Counted from the first letter of the stretch, positions 1 through 9,614 are shown. The stretch is DNA of 43,449 nucleotides from an uncultured Smithella sp. (GCA_964445385.1 CAYULE010000001.1:1507-44955); one strand, 5' to 3'. Numbers and translations: made by a program. Notes: generated by a model not told the origin, from the letters alone.

Positions 1-4
1 TACC

Positions 5-1063
5 GTGAATAAAGTATTGATGTCAGGAAACAACGTTATCGCTGAAGCCGCGATCCGAGCGGGCTGTCGTTTCTATGCCGGCTATCCCATTACACCACAG
101 AATGAACTAACCGAATATATGGCGGAGCATATGCGAAACGCCGAAGGCGGTGTGTTTCTCCAATCGGAAAGCGAAGTTGCCGCAATCAACATGATTGCCG
201 GCTCTGCGGCAACGGGGATGAGAGTCATGACGTCCTCCTCGAGCCCCGGTATTTCATTAAAACAGGAAGGCATTTCTTCCATGGCAGCCTGTGAGCTCCC
301 TGGAATTATTGTTAATATTATGCGTGGCGGTCCGGGGCTGGGCAACATTCGTCCTTCACAGGGTGATTATTTCCAGGCAACCCGGGGCGGCGGTCACGGC
401 GACTACCGCACCATCGTAATCGCACCGGCTACCGGTCAGGAACTGGCGGATTTAACCATGGACGCTTTTGATCTGGCTGATAAATACCGCACACCCATCA
501 TGATCCTGGCTGACGGCATGATGGGACAAATGATGGAGCCGGTAATCTTTAAAAAACCACTCCCCCGCCAATATCCCGAGAAATTTATGCTGCGCGGTGC
601 TGGCACGGGGAAAAGCAAATTCATCCGCGGCCTTCTTCTTGATCCGATTGACAGCGAAGCCCACAACTGGAAATTAGCCCGCAAGTATGAAGTCATTACT
701 AAAAACGAACCCCGCTTTGAAGAGCATCGGGTGGATGACGCGGAACTGGTTATCGTAGCCTATGGAACAGCCGCCCGCATTGCCAAGGGAGCCATTAAGC
801 GATTACGTGACCAGGGCATGAAAGTCGGCCTGTTTCGTCCCATCACCCTCTGGCCTTTCCCGGAATTGAAATTGCGCGCATTGTCTGCAAAAGTTAAGAA
901 TTATCTTGTTTTTGAAATGAGTACTGGCCAAATGCTGGAAGATGTTCGCCTGGCTTTACAGGGTTATGCCAACATCGAATTTCATGGACGGCCGGGCGGC
1001 GCCGTGCCGACACCGGCGGAACTGGCCAATGTCGTCGCGAAAATTTACGACAAAAAAGATTAG
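5..1063 (+). CDS. 2-oxoacid:ferredoxin oxidoreductase, alpha subunit (Kor/Vor/Por family; substrate not assignable)
   Basis: 352-aa ORF. The N-terminus MNKVLMSGNNVIAEAAIRAGCRFYAGYPITPQNE matches the conserved OFOR alpha N-terminal signature. TPP-binding beta and gamma subunit genes follow directly. The GTG start is 4 nt from the window edge, so the start and any upstream delta/ferredoxin subunit gene cannot be verified. Confidence 0.85.
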   Translation: MNKVLMSGNNVIAEAAIRAGCRFYAGYPITPQNELTEYMAEHMRNAEGGVFLQSESEVAAINMIAGSAATGMRVMTSSSSPGISLKQEGISSMAACELPGIIVNIMRGGPGLGNIRPSQGDYFQATRGGGHGDYRTIVIAPATGQELADLTMDAFDLADKYRTPIMILADGMMGQMMEPVIFKKPLPRQYPEKFMLRGAGTGKSKFIRGLLLDPIDSEAHNWKLARKYEVITKNEPRFEEHRVDDAELVIVAYGTAARIAKGAIKRLRDQGMKVGLFRPITLWPFPELKLRALSAKVKNYLVFEMSTGQMLEDVRLALQGYANIEFHGRPGGAVPTPAELANVVAKIYDKKD

Positions 1064-1078
1064 AAAACTATCGAGCAC

Positions 1079-1870
1079 ATGAAGGATCAGAAACATATGG
1101 CAAAAAAAGTTTTCAAACATCCCGCAAGCTTGAAGCAATGTGTTTACCACTATTGCCCCGGTTGCGGTCATAGTATTGTCCACAGGCTTGTCGCCGAAGT
1201 GATTGATGAACTGGGTATTCGAGGCATAACCATCGGTGTCCCTCCGGCGGGATGCGCTGTTCTAGCCTATAATTACTTCGACGTGGATATGATTGAAGCA
1301 CCCCATGGACGTGGACCGGCTATGGCGTCAGCCATCAAACGTTCCCTGCCTGACCGCGTTGTTTTTTCCTATCAGGGAGATGGAGATCTGGCGGCAATCG
1401 GGATCGCCGAGAGTTTCCACGCCGCCAATCGTGGTGAAAACATTACCGTTATTTTTATTAACAACGCTGTTTATGGCATGACCGGAGGACAGATGGCTCC
1501 GACAACCATGCTTAATCAAAGAACAACGACCAGCCCGACCGGCCGCAAAAAAGAATTGGACGGTTATCCGGTAAAGGTCAGTGAAATCTTCTCTCAGTTG
1601 GGCGGCACCACTTACATTGAAAGATGTTCGGTAAGTTCTCCGGCAGGCGTTAATAAGACAAAAAAAGCTATCAAAAAAGCCTTTCAGTGCCAAATCGACG
1701 GTTTGGGTTTCTCCATGGTGGAAATTCTTTCTTTATGCCCGACCAACTGGAAAATGTCTTCGATTGATTCATGCAAATGGATTGATGATGTATTGAGCAA
1801 AGAATTCCCTCTGGGAGTTTTCAAAGATGACATCACCGAGTCCAGAAAAACCGCGGAGGAAACATCATGA
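1079..1870 (+). CDS. 2-oxoacid:ferredoxin oxidoreductase, beta (TPP-binding) subunit
   Basis: 263-aa ORF. It has a CPGCGH motif near the N-terminus and a TPP-binding GDGD...NN pattern (YQGDGDLAAIG ... FINNAVYGMTGGQ). It starts 15 nt after the alpha gene. Confidence 0.88.
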   Translation: MKDQKHMAKKVFKHPASLKQCVYHYCPGCGHSIVHRLVAEVIDELGIRGITIGVPPAGCAVLAYNYFDVDMIEAPHGRGPAMASAIKRSLPDRVVFSYQGDGDLAAIGIAESFHAANRGENITVIFINNAVYGMTGGQMAPTTMLNQRTTTSPTGRKKELDGYPVKVSEIFSQLGGTTYIERCSVSSPAGVNKTKKAIKKAFQCQIDGLGFSMVEILSLCPTNWKMSSIDSCKWIDDVLSKEFPLGVFKDDITESRKTAEETS

Positions 1871-2406
1871 TCGTTAAGACCATTTTTTCCGGCTTTGGCG
1901 GCCAGGGTGTTTTAATGATGGGCATCAGTCTGGCAAACAGCGCAATGAACAAAGGCTATCATGTCACTTATCTCCCCGCTTACGGCGCGGAGATGCGCGG
2001 AGGCACAGCGAACTGCACAGTCGCGGTAGGCGATGAGGAGATTGCGTCTCCCGTAGCGTCGGAACCGGATTATCTGATCGTTATGAATGCCCCGTCTCTT
2101 TTTACATTTCAAAACAAAGTGACTTCCGGCGGAACCATATTGATCAACTCCTCCATTATTGATGCGCGCCCCAATCGCCAGGATGTTAAAACATTCTGTG
2201 TTCCCTGCGCAGACATGGCTCAGAAGCTCGGCAATAACCGTGTTGCCAATATTATCATGATGGGTGCTTTCATAAAAAAATCGGGCGTCGTTTCTTCCGA
2301 AATTTACCTGAAAAGTTTGGAAACGATTATGGGCAGCAGGAAAAAAGCTCTTGCAGAAATCAATCGCAAAGCGTTTGCCACAGGCTTTGATTACGTTAAA
2401 GATTAA
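1867..2406 (+). CDS. 2-oxoacid:ferredoxin oxidoreductase, gamma subunit
   Basis: 179-aa ORF. Its start overlaps the beta stop (ATGA, 1867-1870). The N-terminal FSGFGGQGV motif is typical of OFOR gamma subunits. Confidence 0.85.
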   Translation: MIVKTIFSGFGGQGVLMMGISLANSAMNKGYHVTYLPAYGAEMRGGTANCTVAVGDEEIASPVASEPDYLIVMNAPSLFTFQNKVTSGGTILINSSIIDARPNRQDVKTFCVPCADMAQKLGNNRVANIIMMGAFIKKSGVVSSEIYLKSLETIMGSRKKALAEINRKAFATGFDYVKD

Positions 2407-2415
2407 GGATAATTT

Positions 2416-2847
2416 ATGGCTGTTAAACAAATATCTGTTTTATTGGGCAACATTCCCGGTTCTTTTGCCAAACTTACTCATATTCTCGATGCTGAAGATA
2501 TCGGCACCATCGCCGTATCCGCCGCCAGTATTGAGCATGACAGCCGGGTTCGTCTGGTTGTTAACGATCCCGACCGAGCGGCAGCCTTGCTCAATAGTTT
2601 CAATTTCAATATTGAAATAACCCCCGTGCTTGCGGCCGAAGTCCCTCTTCATGCAGGTGGCATCAACGCCATCCTGAAACCTCTGGCTAATGCGGAAATT
2701 AATATCCTTTACCTCTATACAACCATTAACCGTATCGGAAAAGAAACCATTGTTATTATTGGCGTCGACAAACTGGAAGAAGCCAGAGAAATTTTGGCTG
2801 AAAACTGGATCCATCTGATCGGCGACGAAATTTACTCGATACCCTGA
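2416..2847 (+). CDS. ACT-domain protein (tandem ACT-like halves), probable small-molecule-binding regulator
   Basis: 143-aa ORF starting 10 nt after the gamma gene. It has two ~70-aa halves with an ACT-like pattern (ISVLLGNIPGSFAKLTHIL... and LAAEVPLHAGGINAILKPLA...). Recognised by pattern only. Confidence 0.65.
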   Translation: MAVKQISVLLGNIPGSFAKLTHILDAEDIGTIAVSAASIEHDSRVRLVVNDPDRAAALLNSFNFNIEITPVLAAEVPLHAGGINAILKPLANAEINILYLYTTINRIGKETIVIIGVDKLEEAREILAENWIHLIGDEIYSIP

Positions 2848-2862
2848 ACTCAAGAATCAAAC

Positions 2863-3270
2863 ATGCCGGTATCTGCAGAAAAAGAAAAATCGCTTACTGC
2901 CAGAATGCAGGAACTCGCGGTTTCCGAAAACGATTTTGAAGAATCCTTTGTCCGTTCTTCCGGTCCAGGAGGACAAAAAGTCAATAAAACCTCTTCCTGT
3001 GTATATCTTCTACACATCCCTACCGGCCTTGCCGTAAAATGCCAGCGCGAAAGATCTCAATCATTAAACCGTCATCTGGCACGAAAAATTTTATTAGACA
3101 AGATTGAATTGCAACAAAAAGGATTTATCGCGGAAGAACAAGAAAAGATCGAAAAAATGCGCCGGCAAAAAAGAAAACGTTCCCGCCGCGCAAAAGAAAA
3201 AATCCTGACAGCAAAACATCAACAATCCGAAAAAAAAGAGTTGCGCAGCAAAGTTTTAATGGAAGAATAA
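2863..3270 (+). CDS. RF-1/GGQ-domain peptidyl-tRNA hydrolase, ArfB(YaeJ)-like ribosome-rescue-type protein
   Basis: 135-aa ORF. It has a GGQ motif in SSGPGGQKVNKTSSCV and a strongly basic C-terminal tail (RRQKRKRSRRAKEK...). This is the architecture of ArfB-type factors. Confidence 0.75.
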   Translation: MPVSAEKEKSLTARMQELAVSENDFEESFVRSSGPGGQKVNKTSSCVYLLHIPTGLAVKCQRERSQSLNRHLARKILLDKIELQQKGFIAEEQEKIEKMRRQKRKRSRRAKEKILTAKHQQSEKKELRSKVLMEE

Positions 3271-3271
3271 G

Positions 3272-3315
3272 AAAAGGGAGAAGAGGTCCTTTGTTATTTG
3301 CCTCTTCTCCCTTTT
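3272..3315. terminator. Bidirectional intrinsic terminator between convergent genes
   Basis: Perfect 15-bp inverted repeat: AAAAGGGAGAAGAGG (3272-3286) and CCTCTTCTCCCTTTT (3301-3315), with a 14-nt loop. The A-tract and T-tract arms give a U-run on either strand. It sits just after the stop of the GGQ-protein gene and 23 nt after the atpE stop. Confidence 0.8.
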
Positions 3316-3338
3316 ATAAGATACCTAATGATTTTCTA

Positions 3339-3716
3339 CTAACCGATACCAACCAGCTTTACTAAAGGATTGGCGAACAGCATAACCAGCGAGATAACCA
3401 GCGCGTAAATCGCGACGGATTCCGTCATTGCCATACCGACCATCATGGTTAACATTACTTTGCCCTGTGCTTCAGGATTTCTTCCAACTGCATTACTTGC
3501 ACCACTTGTTGCCTGTCCAAGACCCAAACCAGCACCGACAGCACCAATTCCAATTGCAAAACCTGCGCCGAGCAATGCACAACCGATAACGATCGCTTTT
3601 GTGTAATCAACGCCTGCTGCTGCAGCCGGAGCCGCTTCGGGAGCCGCAAAAACAAAGGGAGCAGAAACAATAACCAACACGATCGCCAGCACGGAATAAA
3701 TCAAACTCTTTTTCAT
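3339..3716 (-). CDS. atpE: F-type ATP synthase Fo subunit c, with N-terminal signal-peptide-like extension
   Basis: 125-aa ORF. The C-terminal ~85 aa form a canonical c-subunit hairpin: Gly-rich helix 1 (GIGAVGAGLGLG), RNP loop (GRNPEAQ) and carboxylate helix 2 (MAMTESVAIYALV). The first 24 aa (MKK + hydrophobic stretch + VFA/AP) look like a cleavable signal peptide. AGGAGG lies 6 nt upstream of the ATG. Confidence 0.9.
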   Translation of the reverse strand: MKKSLIYSVLAIVLVIVSAPFVFAAPEAAPAAAAGVDYTKAIVIGCALLGAGFAIGIGAVGAGLGLGQATSGASNAVGRNPEAQGKVMLTMMVGMAMTESVAIYALVISLVMLFANPLVKLVGIG

Positions 3717-3938
3717 TTGTAGCCTCCTGTTTTTTTATGACTGATATTATGCCAGGAACCGTCAAGTGTTTTATTATTTACAACCTCCCATTTTAATTTT
3801 GACGACTACCGGTCATTTGTATGCTTTTTTAACGATCAATAAACAGATTGTCAAGAAATATTTACTAATCAAGCAAATAAATATTTATCCGAATGCTTGG
3901 CTTGATTTTATAACGCAAGCAGGATAGTAATAAACATC

Positions 3939-4406
3939 ATGAAAACATTCAGCATACAAAAATTAAAGGTAGCGAGAATTCTTCAATCTGATATTCCACT
4001 TACCGTCAAACCTTTTGCAGAAATTGCCGATACCTGCGGTCTTGATCACAATGATTTAATGGTCTGGATCAAAGGGCTTTCACAGAAAGGCGTTGTAAGA
4101 AAGTTTGGCGCTATTCTGAGGCATCAGAAAGCCGGATACCACAAAAATGCTTTGGTGATGTGGGCCATCCCGCCTGAGGCAATCGAGAATGCCGGCAGGT
4201 TATTTGCCGGGTTGCCATTCATTTCTCATTGTTATGAAAGAAATCCGTCTTTTCAAAATAAATATAATCTGTTTACGATGCTGCACACACAGGATGACAG
4301 CCTCTCGCCTCTGCTCAAAACCATGTCCCGATTAATTAACAGCAGCGATTTTCTCATTCTGGAAAGCCAACAAGAATACAAAAAAACATCTCCGGAGTAT
4401 TTCTGA
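3939..4406 (+). CDS. Siroheme decarboxylase subunit (AhbA/AhbB, NirD/L/G/H family; Lrp/AsnC-like)
   Basis: 155-aa ORF. It combines a wHTH-like N-terminus with the C-terminal ISHCYERNP....YNLFTMLH pattern characteristic of NirDLGH/AhbAB proteins. Its stop overlaps the hemL start (TGATG at 4404-4408). Confidence 0.75.
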   Translation: MKTFSIQKLKVARILQSDIPLTVKPFAEIADTCGLDHNDLMVWIKGLSQKGVVRKFGAILRHQKAGYHKNALVMWAIPPEAIENAGRLFAGLPFISHCYERNPSFQNKYNLFTMLHTQDDSLSPLLKTMSRLINSSDFLILESQQEYKKTSPEYF

Positions 4407-5689
4407 TGACTCAAAAAAATGAAGACCAATTTACCGCAGCAAGCGGGGTGATCGCTGGCGGCGTGAATTCACCAGTTCGCGCATGGAAATCGGTTGGCGG
4501 CGACCCTGTTTTTGTAAGCCATGCACAGGGCAGCAAGATTTTCGATACCTCAGGCAAAGAATACATTGACTATGTTCTCTCCTGGGGACCCATGATTCTG
4601 GGACACACCCATCCGGATGTTATCGCCGCCATCTGCCAGACAGCGCAAAAGGGAATGAGCTTTGGCGCGCCAACCGATGCCGAAACAATCATGGCCCGTC
4701 TGATCTGTGAAGCCATTCCTTCTATCGAAAGGGTACGGATGACCAGTTCCGGCACGGAAGCCACCATGACAGCGATTCGTCTGGCCCGTGGTTACACCGG
4801 TAGAAACATGATTATCAAATTTGACGGATGCTACCACGGTCATGCCGATTCTCTATTGATCAAGGCCGGCTCCGGCGTCACGACGCTCGGCATTCCAGGA
4901 TCTCCAGGAATTCCGGAATCGCTGGCCAGACTCACGTTGAGCCTGCCCTATAATGATATAGATGCTCTCGAACAGGCAATTGAAAGCTACGCTTCTCAGC
5001 TGGCGGCTGTTATTGTTGAGCCGATTGCAGGTAATATGGGCGTTGTTCTCCCGCGGGAGGGCTTCTTGAAGAAATTACGGGAGCTGACGGCAAAAAACGG
5101 CATTGTGCTGATTTTTGACGAAGTGATCACCGGATTCCGGTTTCATTTCGGCGGATATCAGAACCTGATCGGAATAGGGCCTGACTTGACCTGCCTTGGT
5201 AAAATCATCGGCGGTGGAATGCCGGTGGGAGCGATAGGTGGAAAAAAAGAAATCATGGAGAGACTCGCACCAATCGGTGATGTCTATCAGGCGGGAACAC
5301 TTTCCGGCAATCCACTGGCAATGAGCGCCGGAATCGCCACGCTCAACATTCTGAAAACAAAAAATAATTCTTTCGCCTTATTGACTGATCAGGCAAATCG
5401 TCTATCCCACGAGATGGAAAAATTATTTTCCCAGCAAGGCATTGCCGTTTGCATCAATAAAATCTTTTCCATGTTCACCATTTTTTTTCAGGAAGGACCG
5501 GTTGATGATTTGAGCAGTGCTTTACAATCGGATACCGACCTTTATGGCCGATTCTTTCACGGTATGCTCCAAAATGGCATCTGGCTGGCGCCATCGCAAT
5601 TTGAAGCGGGTTTCTTATCTTTTTCTCATTCCGTCAAAGACATGGACCAGACTCTGTCCGCTTTGGCAAAAACATTGAAAAATCTCTAA
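4406..5689 (+). CDS. hemL: Glutamate-1-semialdehyde 2,1-aminomutase
   Basis: 427-aa ORF. It has the hallmark HemL N-terminus (GGVNSPVRAWKSVGG...GSKIFDTSGKEYIDYVLSWGPMILGH) and a PLP-lysine region (CLGKIIGGGMPVGA). Confidence 0.93.
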   Translation: MTQKNEDQFTAASGVIAGGVNSPVRAWKSVGGDPVFVSHAQGSKIFDTSGKEYIDYVLSWGPMILGHTHPDVIAAICQTAQKGMSFGAPTDAETIMARLICEAIPSIERVRMTSSGTEATMTAIRLARGYTGRNMIIKFDGCYHGHADSLLIKAGSGVTTLGIPGSPGIPESLARLTLSLPYNDIDALEQAIESYASQLAAVIVEPIAGNMGVVLPREGFLKKLRELTAKNGIVLIFDEVITGFRFHFGGYQNLIGIGPDLTCLGKIIGGGMPVGAIGGKKEIMERLAPIGDVYQAGTLSGNPLAMSAGIATLNILKTKNNSFALLTDQANRLSHEMEKLFSQQGIAVCINKIFSMFTIFFQEGPVDDLSSALQSDTDLYGRFFHGMLQNGIWLAPSQFEAGFLSFSHSVKDMDQTLSALAKTLKNL

Positions 5690-5793
5690 CCGGCTCAATC
5701 AACCACCTGGCAGCAAGGTGTTGAGGCATGAAATGAATGTTACGATTTCGCAGCAAGCTGCAGAGAATCAACGCTCGTCCCGCAACAGCGGGA

Positions 5794-5822
5794 TTGACAA
5801 GCATCGATCAATACGATATTAT
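5794..5822 (+). promoter_or_regulatory. Putative sigma70-type promoter for the sugar-nucleotide genes
   Basis: TTGACA (5794-5799), a 17-nt spacer, then TATTAT (5817-5822), about 48 nt upstream of the ATG at 5870. Sequence match only. Confidence 0.5.
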
Positions 5823-5869
5823 TTTTTTTGTTTGTCTAAAATACATTGCAACGGTTGAGGCCTCTGAAC

Positions 5870-7189
5870 ATGAAAAAAACGCTGACAGCTCAATCTTTCT
5901 ACGCGGGGAAAAATAAAATTGCTGTTATCGGCATGGGCTATGTCGGACTGCCACTCGCCGCTCACTTGTCGCGTCATTTTAAAGTGATTGGATTTGACAT
6001 CAGCGAGATCAATATCGCTGAATTAAAGAAAGGCCATGACCGCACGATGGAATTGGCCGATACCGAGCTGAAAAAAGCTAAAATTCACTTCACATCCAAC
6101 CCCGCGGATCTCGCCTCCTGCAAACTTTTTATTGTTGCCGTCCCGACGCCGGTTGACCACTTCCACGTTCCCGACCTGGGCGCGTTGGAAAATGCTTCAG
6201 CAAGCATCGGCAAATATTTACCAGCCGGTTCCTGCGTGGTTTATGAATCAACCGTATATCCTGGGGTGACGGAAGATGTATGCGTTCCCATTTTAGAACG
6301 CGCATCAAAGTTGAAATGCGGCAGGGATTTTACGGTAGGCTATTCCCCCGAACGTATTAATCCCGGCGATAAAGTCCACACGGTCGATAACACCATTAAA
6401 ATTATCTCCGCCTCCGATAACGCCACACTGGATTTATTGGACGGAATCTACAGCGCAGTCGTTAAAGTCGGCCTGCACCGGACTTCATCCATCAAAGTTG
6501 CAGAAGCCGCCAAAGTCATTGAAAACACGCAACGCGACATCAATATCGCCCTGATGAACGAACTGGCCATCATCTTCAATAAAATGGGTATCGACACACT
6601 GGAAGTCCTGGAGGCGGCCGGAACAAAATGGAACTTCCTCAATTTCCGGCCCGGCTTGGTCGGCGGCCATTGTATTGGCGTTGACCCCTATTACTTAACT
6701 TACAAAGCGGAAAGCATTGGCTATCGTCCGGAAGTCATTCTCTCCGGTCGCAGAATTAATGACAATATGGGCAAGTATATCGCGGAGCGAACCGTCAAAA
6801 TGCTGATCGCCGCCGACATTCAGGTGAAAAAGGCGCGTGTAGCGGTTCTGGGGATGTCCTTTAAAGAAAATGTTCCCGATTTGCGCAACACCCGCGTAAT
6901 GGATATCATTAAAGAGTTAGAAGATTATGGTGTTACCGTCCTGGCACATGATCCGCTGGCTATTCACGAAGAGGCACGCGATTATTGCGGCATCGACCTT
7001 GTGTCATTAAAAGAGATCAGGGATGTGGATGCGGTAATTCTGGCGGTTGCCCACCATAAATATCAGGAAATGGGTCTGGCAAAGATTTCTGCTTTTTGCC
7101 ATAAAAGCCGCCCGATTCTTCTGGATATTAAAGCTGTCTTTGAACCGGGTCAGGCACAATCACTGGGTATTAATTACTGGCGACTGTAA
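5870..7189 (+). CDS. Nucleotide-sugar 6-dehydrogenase, TviB/WbpO/VipA-like (UDP-GlcNAc/GalNAc dehydrogenase type)
   Basis: The ORF track gives 5846..7189 with a TTG start. I prefer ATG 5870, which is preceded by GAGG at 5857-5860. It has a Rossmann motif (KIAVIGMGYVGLPLA) and a catalytic-Cys region (GLVGGHCIGVDPYY). Confidence 0.85.
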   Translation: MKKTLTAQSFYAGKNKIAVIGMGYVGLPLAAHLSRHFKVIGFDISEINIAELKKGHDRTMELADTELKKAKIHFTSNPADLASCKLFIVAVPTPVDHFHVPDLGALENASASIGKYLPAGSCVVYESTVYPGVTEDVCVPILERASKLKCGRDFTVGYSPERINPGDKVHTVDNTIKIISASDNATLDLLDGIYSAVVKVGLHRTSSIKVAEAAKVIENTQRDINIALMNELAIIFNKMGIDTLEVLEAAGTKWNFLNFRPGLVGGHCIGVDPYYLTYKAESIGYRPEVILSGRRINDNMGKYIAERTVKMLIAADIQVKKARVAVLGMSFKENVPDLRNTRVMDIIKELEDYGVTVLAHDPLAIHEEARDYCGIDLVSLKEIRDVDAVILAVAHHKYQEMGLAKISAFCHKSRPILLDIKAVFEPGQAQSLGINYWRL

Positions 7190-7201
7190 TATATTATATA
7201 A

Positions 7202-8161
<960 letters not shown>

Positions 8162-8224
8162 TGAACGGCGGTCATGTTTTTAATTGACTTTGTTGATCGC
8201 CCATGTTAAGGAGCCAATCACTAA

Positions 8225-8509
8225 ATGGATATTGAAACCAAAAAATTAAGTATCCAGATGGCCTATGCCAGCAGCATAGGAATCGCAATGGTTCTGGCAA
8301 TTTTTGGTTGTCTCCTTTTAGGAACTTATTTAGATCGGAAATTTGATTCCGGTCAGGTATTTACCATTGTTTTTTTATTGATTGGGATTTCTGCGGGATT
8401 TCGCAATATATATGTTTTAATAAAAAGAAATTTTCAAGATGAAGAATCCATTATAAAGAGTTTGAAAAGTGAACCTCATCGTCAAAGACCCACTCCAAAA
8501 AAGACTTGA
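8225..8509 (+). CDS. AtpZ/AtpI-family small membrane protein (ATP synthase operon gene 1 type)
   Basis: 94-aa ORF with two predicted TM helices around LGTYLDRKF, a typical AtpZ pattern. It lies immediately upstream of atpI-atpB. Confidence 0.65.
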   Translation: MDIETKKLSIQMAYASSIGIAMVLAIFGCLLLGTYLDRKFDSGQVFTIVFLLIGISAGFRNIYVLIKRNFQDEESIIKSLKSEPHRQRPTPKKT

Positions 8510-8864
8510 AATTGCCAACTGGATTATTCTGGCAATCCTTTTTGTTCCTTCATTCATTTTTTTACCGACACAATTCTATTTAGGCGTCCTTTTAGGTGGT
8601 TTTATCAGCATCCTGAATTTCTATGGAATGGAACTTGGTCTAAGAGGTCTTTTTAATAATCTTTCCGGAAACGTCAAGCGACCCACCATGATTAAATTTT
8701 ACATTCGCCTGGCGCTGACGGCTGTCGTTTTATATTTTCTAATCGCATTTGAAACTGTTAATGTTATCGGTTTGATCATTGGACTTTCCGTAGTAGTCAT
8801 CAACATTATACTCACGATGATCACTACTCTGGCAAAAAAAAACTTTATTGAGGAGGTTAGATAG
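8469..8864 (+). CDS. atpI: ATP synthase protein I
   Basis: 131-aa hydrophobic ORF directly preceding atpB. Its GTG start overlaps the previous ORF by 41 nt, and no alternative in-frame start lies downstream before the first TM segment. Confidence 0.65.
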   Translation: MNLIVKDPLQKRLEIANWIILAILFVPSFIFLPTQFYLGVLLGGFISILNFYGMELGLRGLFNNLSGNVKRPTMIKFYIRLALTAVVLYFLIAFETVNVIGLIIGLSVVVINIILTMITTLAKKNFIEEVR

Positions 8865-8870
8865 AAACAA

Positions 8871-9542
8871 ATGGAACCCCTAATATTCTTCCACACGAGT
8901 TGGCTTAAAGATGTGGGAATTAACATGACTATTGTGTTCAATACTCTCTTTGTCATTCTTCTATTGGCTACGCTTTCATTTCTGGCAACCCGGCGCATGC
9001 AAGTATACCCGGGCCGTCTGCAAAATGTTATGGAAGTCGTTGTCGGCGGGCTGCACGGACAGCTTGTTGACACCATGGGCGAGCACGGGAAAAAGTTCTT
9101 CCCCCTGATTGCCACCCTGTTTATTTTTATTCTGACATCAAATCTGATCGGAATCATCCCGGGATTTGAATCACCCACAGCTAACATCAACACAAACCTG
9201 GCCATGGCGCTTGTGGTATTTTTTTCAACACACGTCGTCGGCATCATGACCCATGGTTTTAAATACGTAAAACAGTTTTTAGGACCCGTTTGGTGGTTGA
9301 TCCCGCTCATGCTGCCCATTGAATTAATCAGTCATCTGTCACGGCCACTGTCTTTGACTTTCCGGTTGTTTGGAAATATCGCAGGTGAAGATATTGTTCT
9401 GCTGGTTGTTCTGCTGCTGGTGCCAATGCTTGTTCCACTACCCATTATGATTTTGATGATTTTCACCTCAGTCGTGCAATCTCTGGTTTTCATGCTTCTA
9501 GCTATGATGTACATTGGCGGCGCGATGGAGGAAGGTCATTAA
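8871..9542 (+). CDS. atpB: F-type ATP synthase Fo subunit a
   Basis: 223-aa polytopic ORF. It carries the conserved stator-arginine motif [14 protein letters not shown] (compare E. coli LSLGLRLFGNMYAGE). Confidence 0.92.
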   Translation: MEPLIFFHTSWLKDVGINMTIVFNTLFVILLLATLSFLATRRMQVYPGRLQNVMEVVVGGLHGQLVDTMGEHGKKFFPLIATLFIFILTSNLIGIIPGFESPTANINTNLAMALVVFFSTHVVGIMTHGFKYVKQFLGPVWWLIPLMLPIELISHLSRPLSLTFRLFGNIAGEDIVLLVVLLLVPMLVPLPIMILMIFTSVVQSLVFMLLAMMYIGGAMEEGH

Positions 9543-9614
9543 TAACGAAATGGGTTGGGTCAGGCTTGAGCGAAAATATTATCCTGGCCCGCACCTAAAA
9601 GACATTTAATCAAC

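Noticed and set aside
5778-5793. Small hairpin TCCCGC-aaca-GCGGGA after hemL, considered as the hemL terminator.
   Set aside because: The stem is 6 bp with no following T-run, and it directly abuts the -35 box of the next promoter. It is left uncalled.
5846-5869. TTG start at 5846 for the sugar dehydrogenase, as given in the ORF track.
   Set aside because: The ATG at 5870 has a GAGG at proper spacing and places the Rossmann motif at the usual distance from the N-terminus. The upstream 8 codons are probably not translated.
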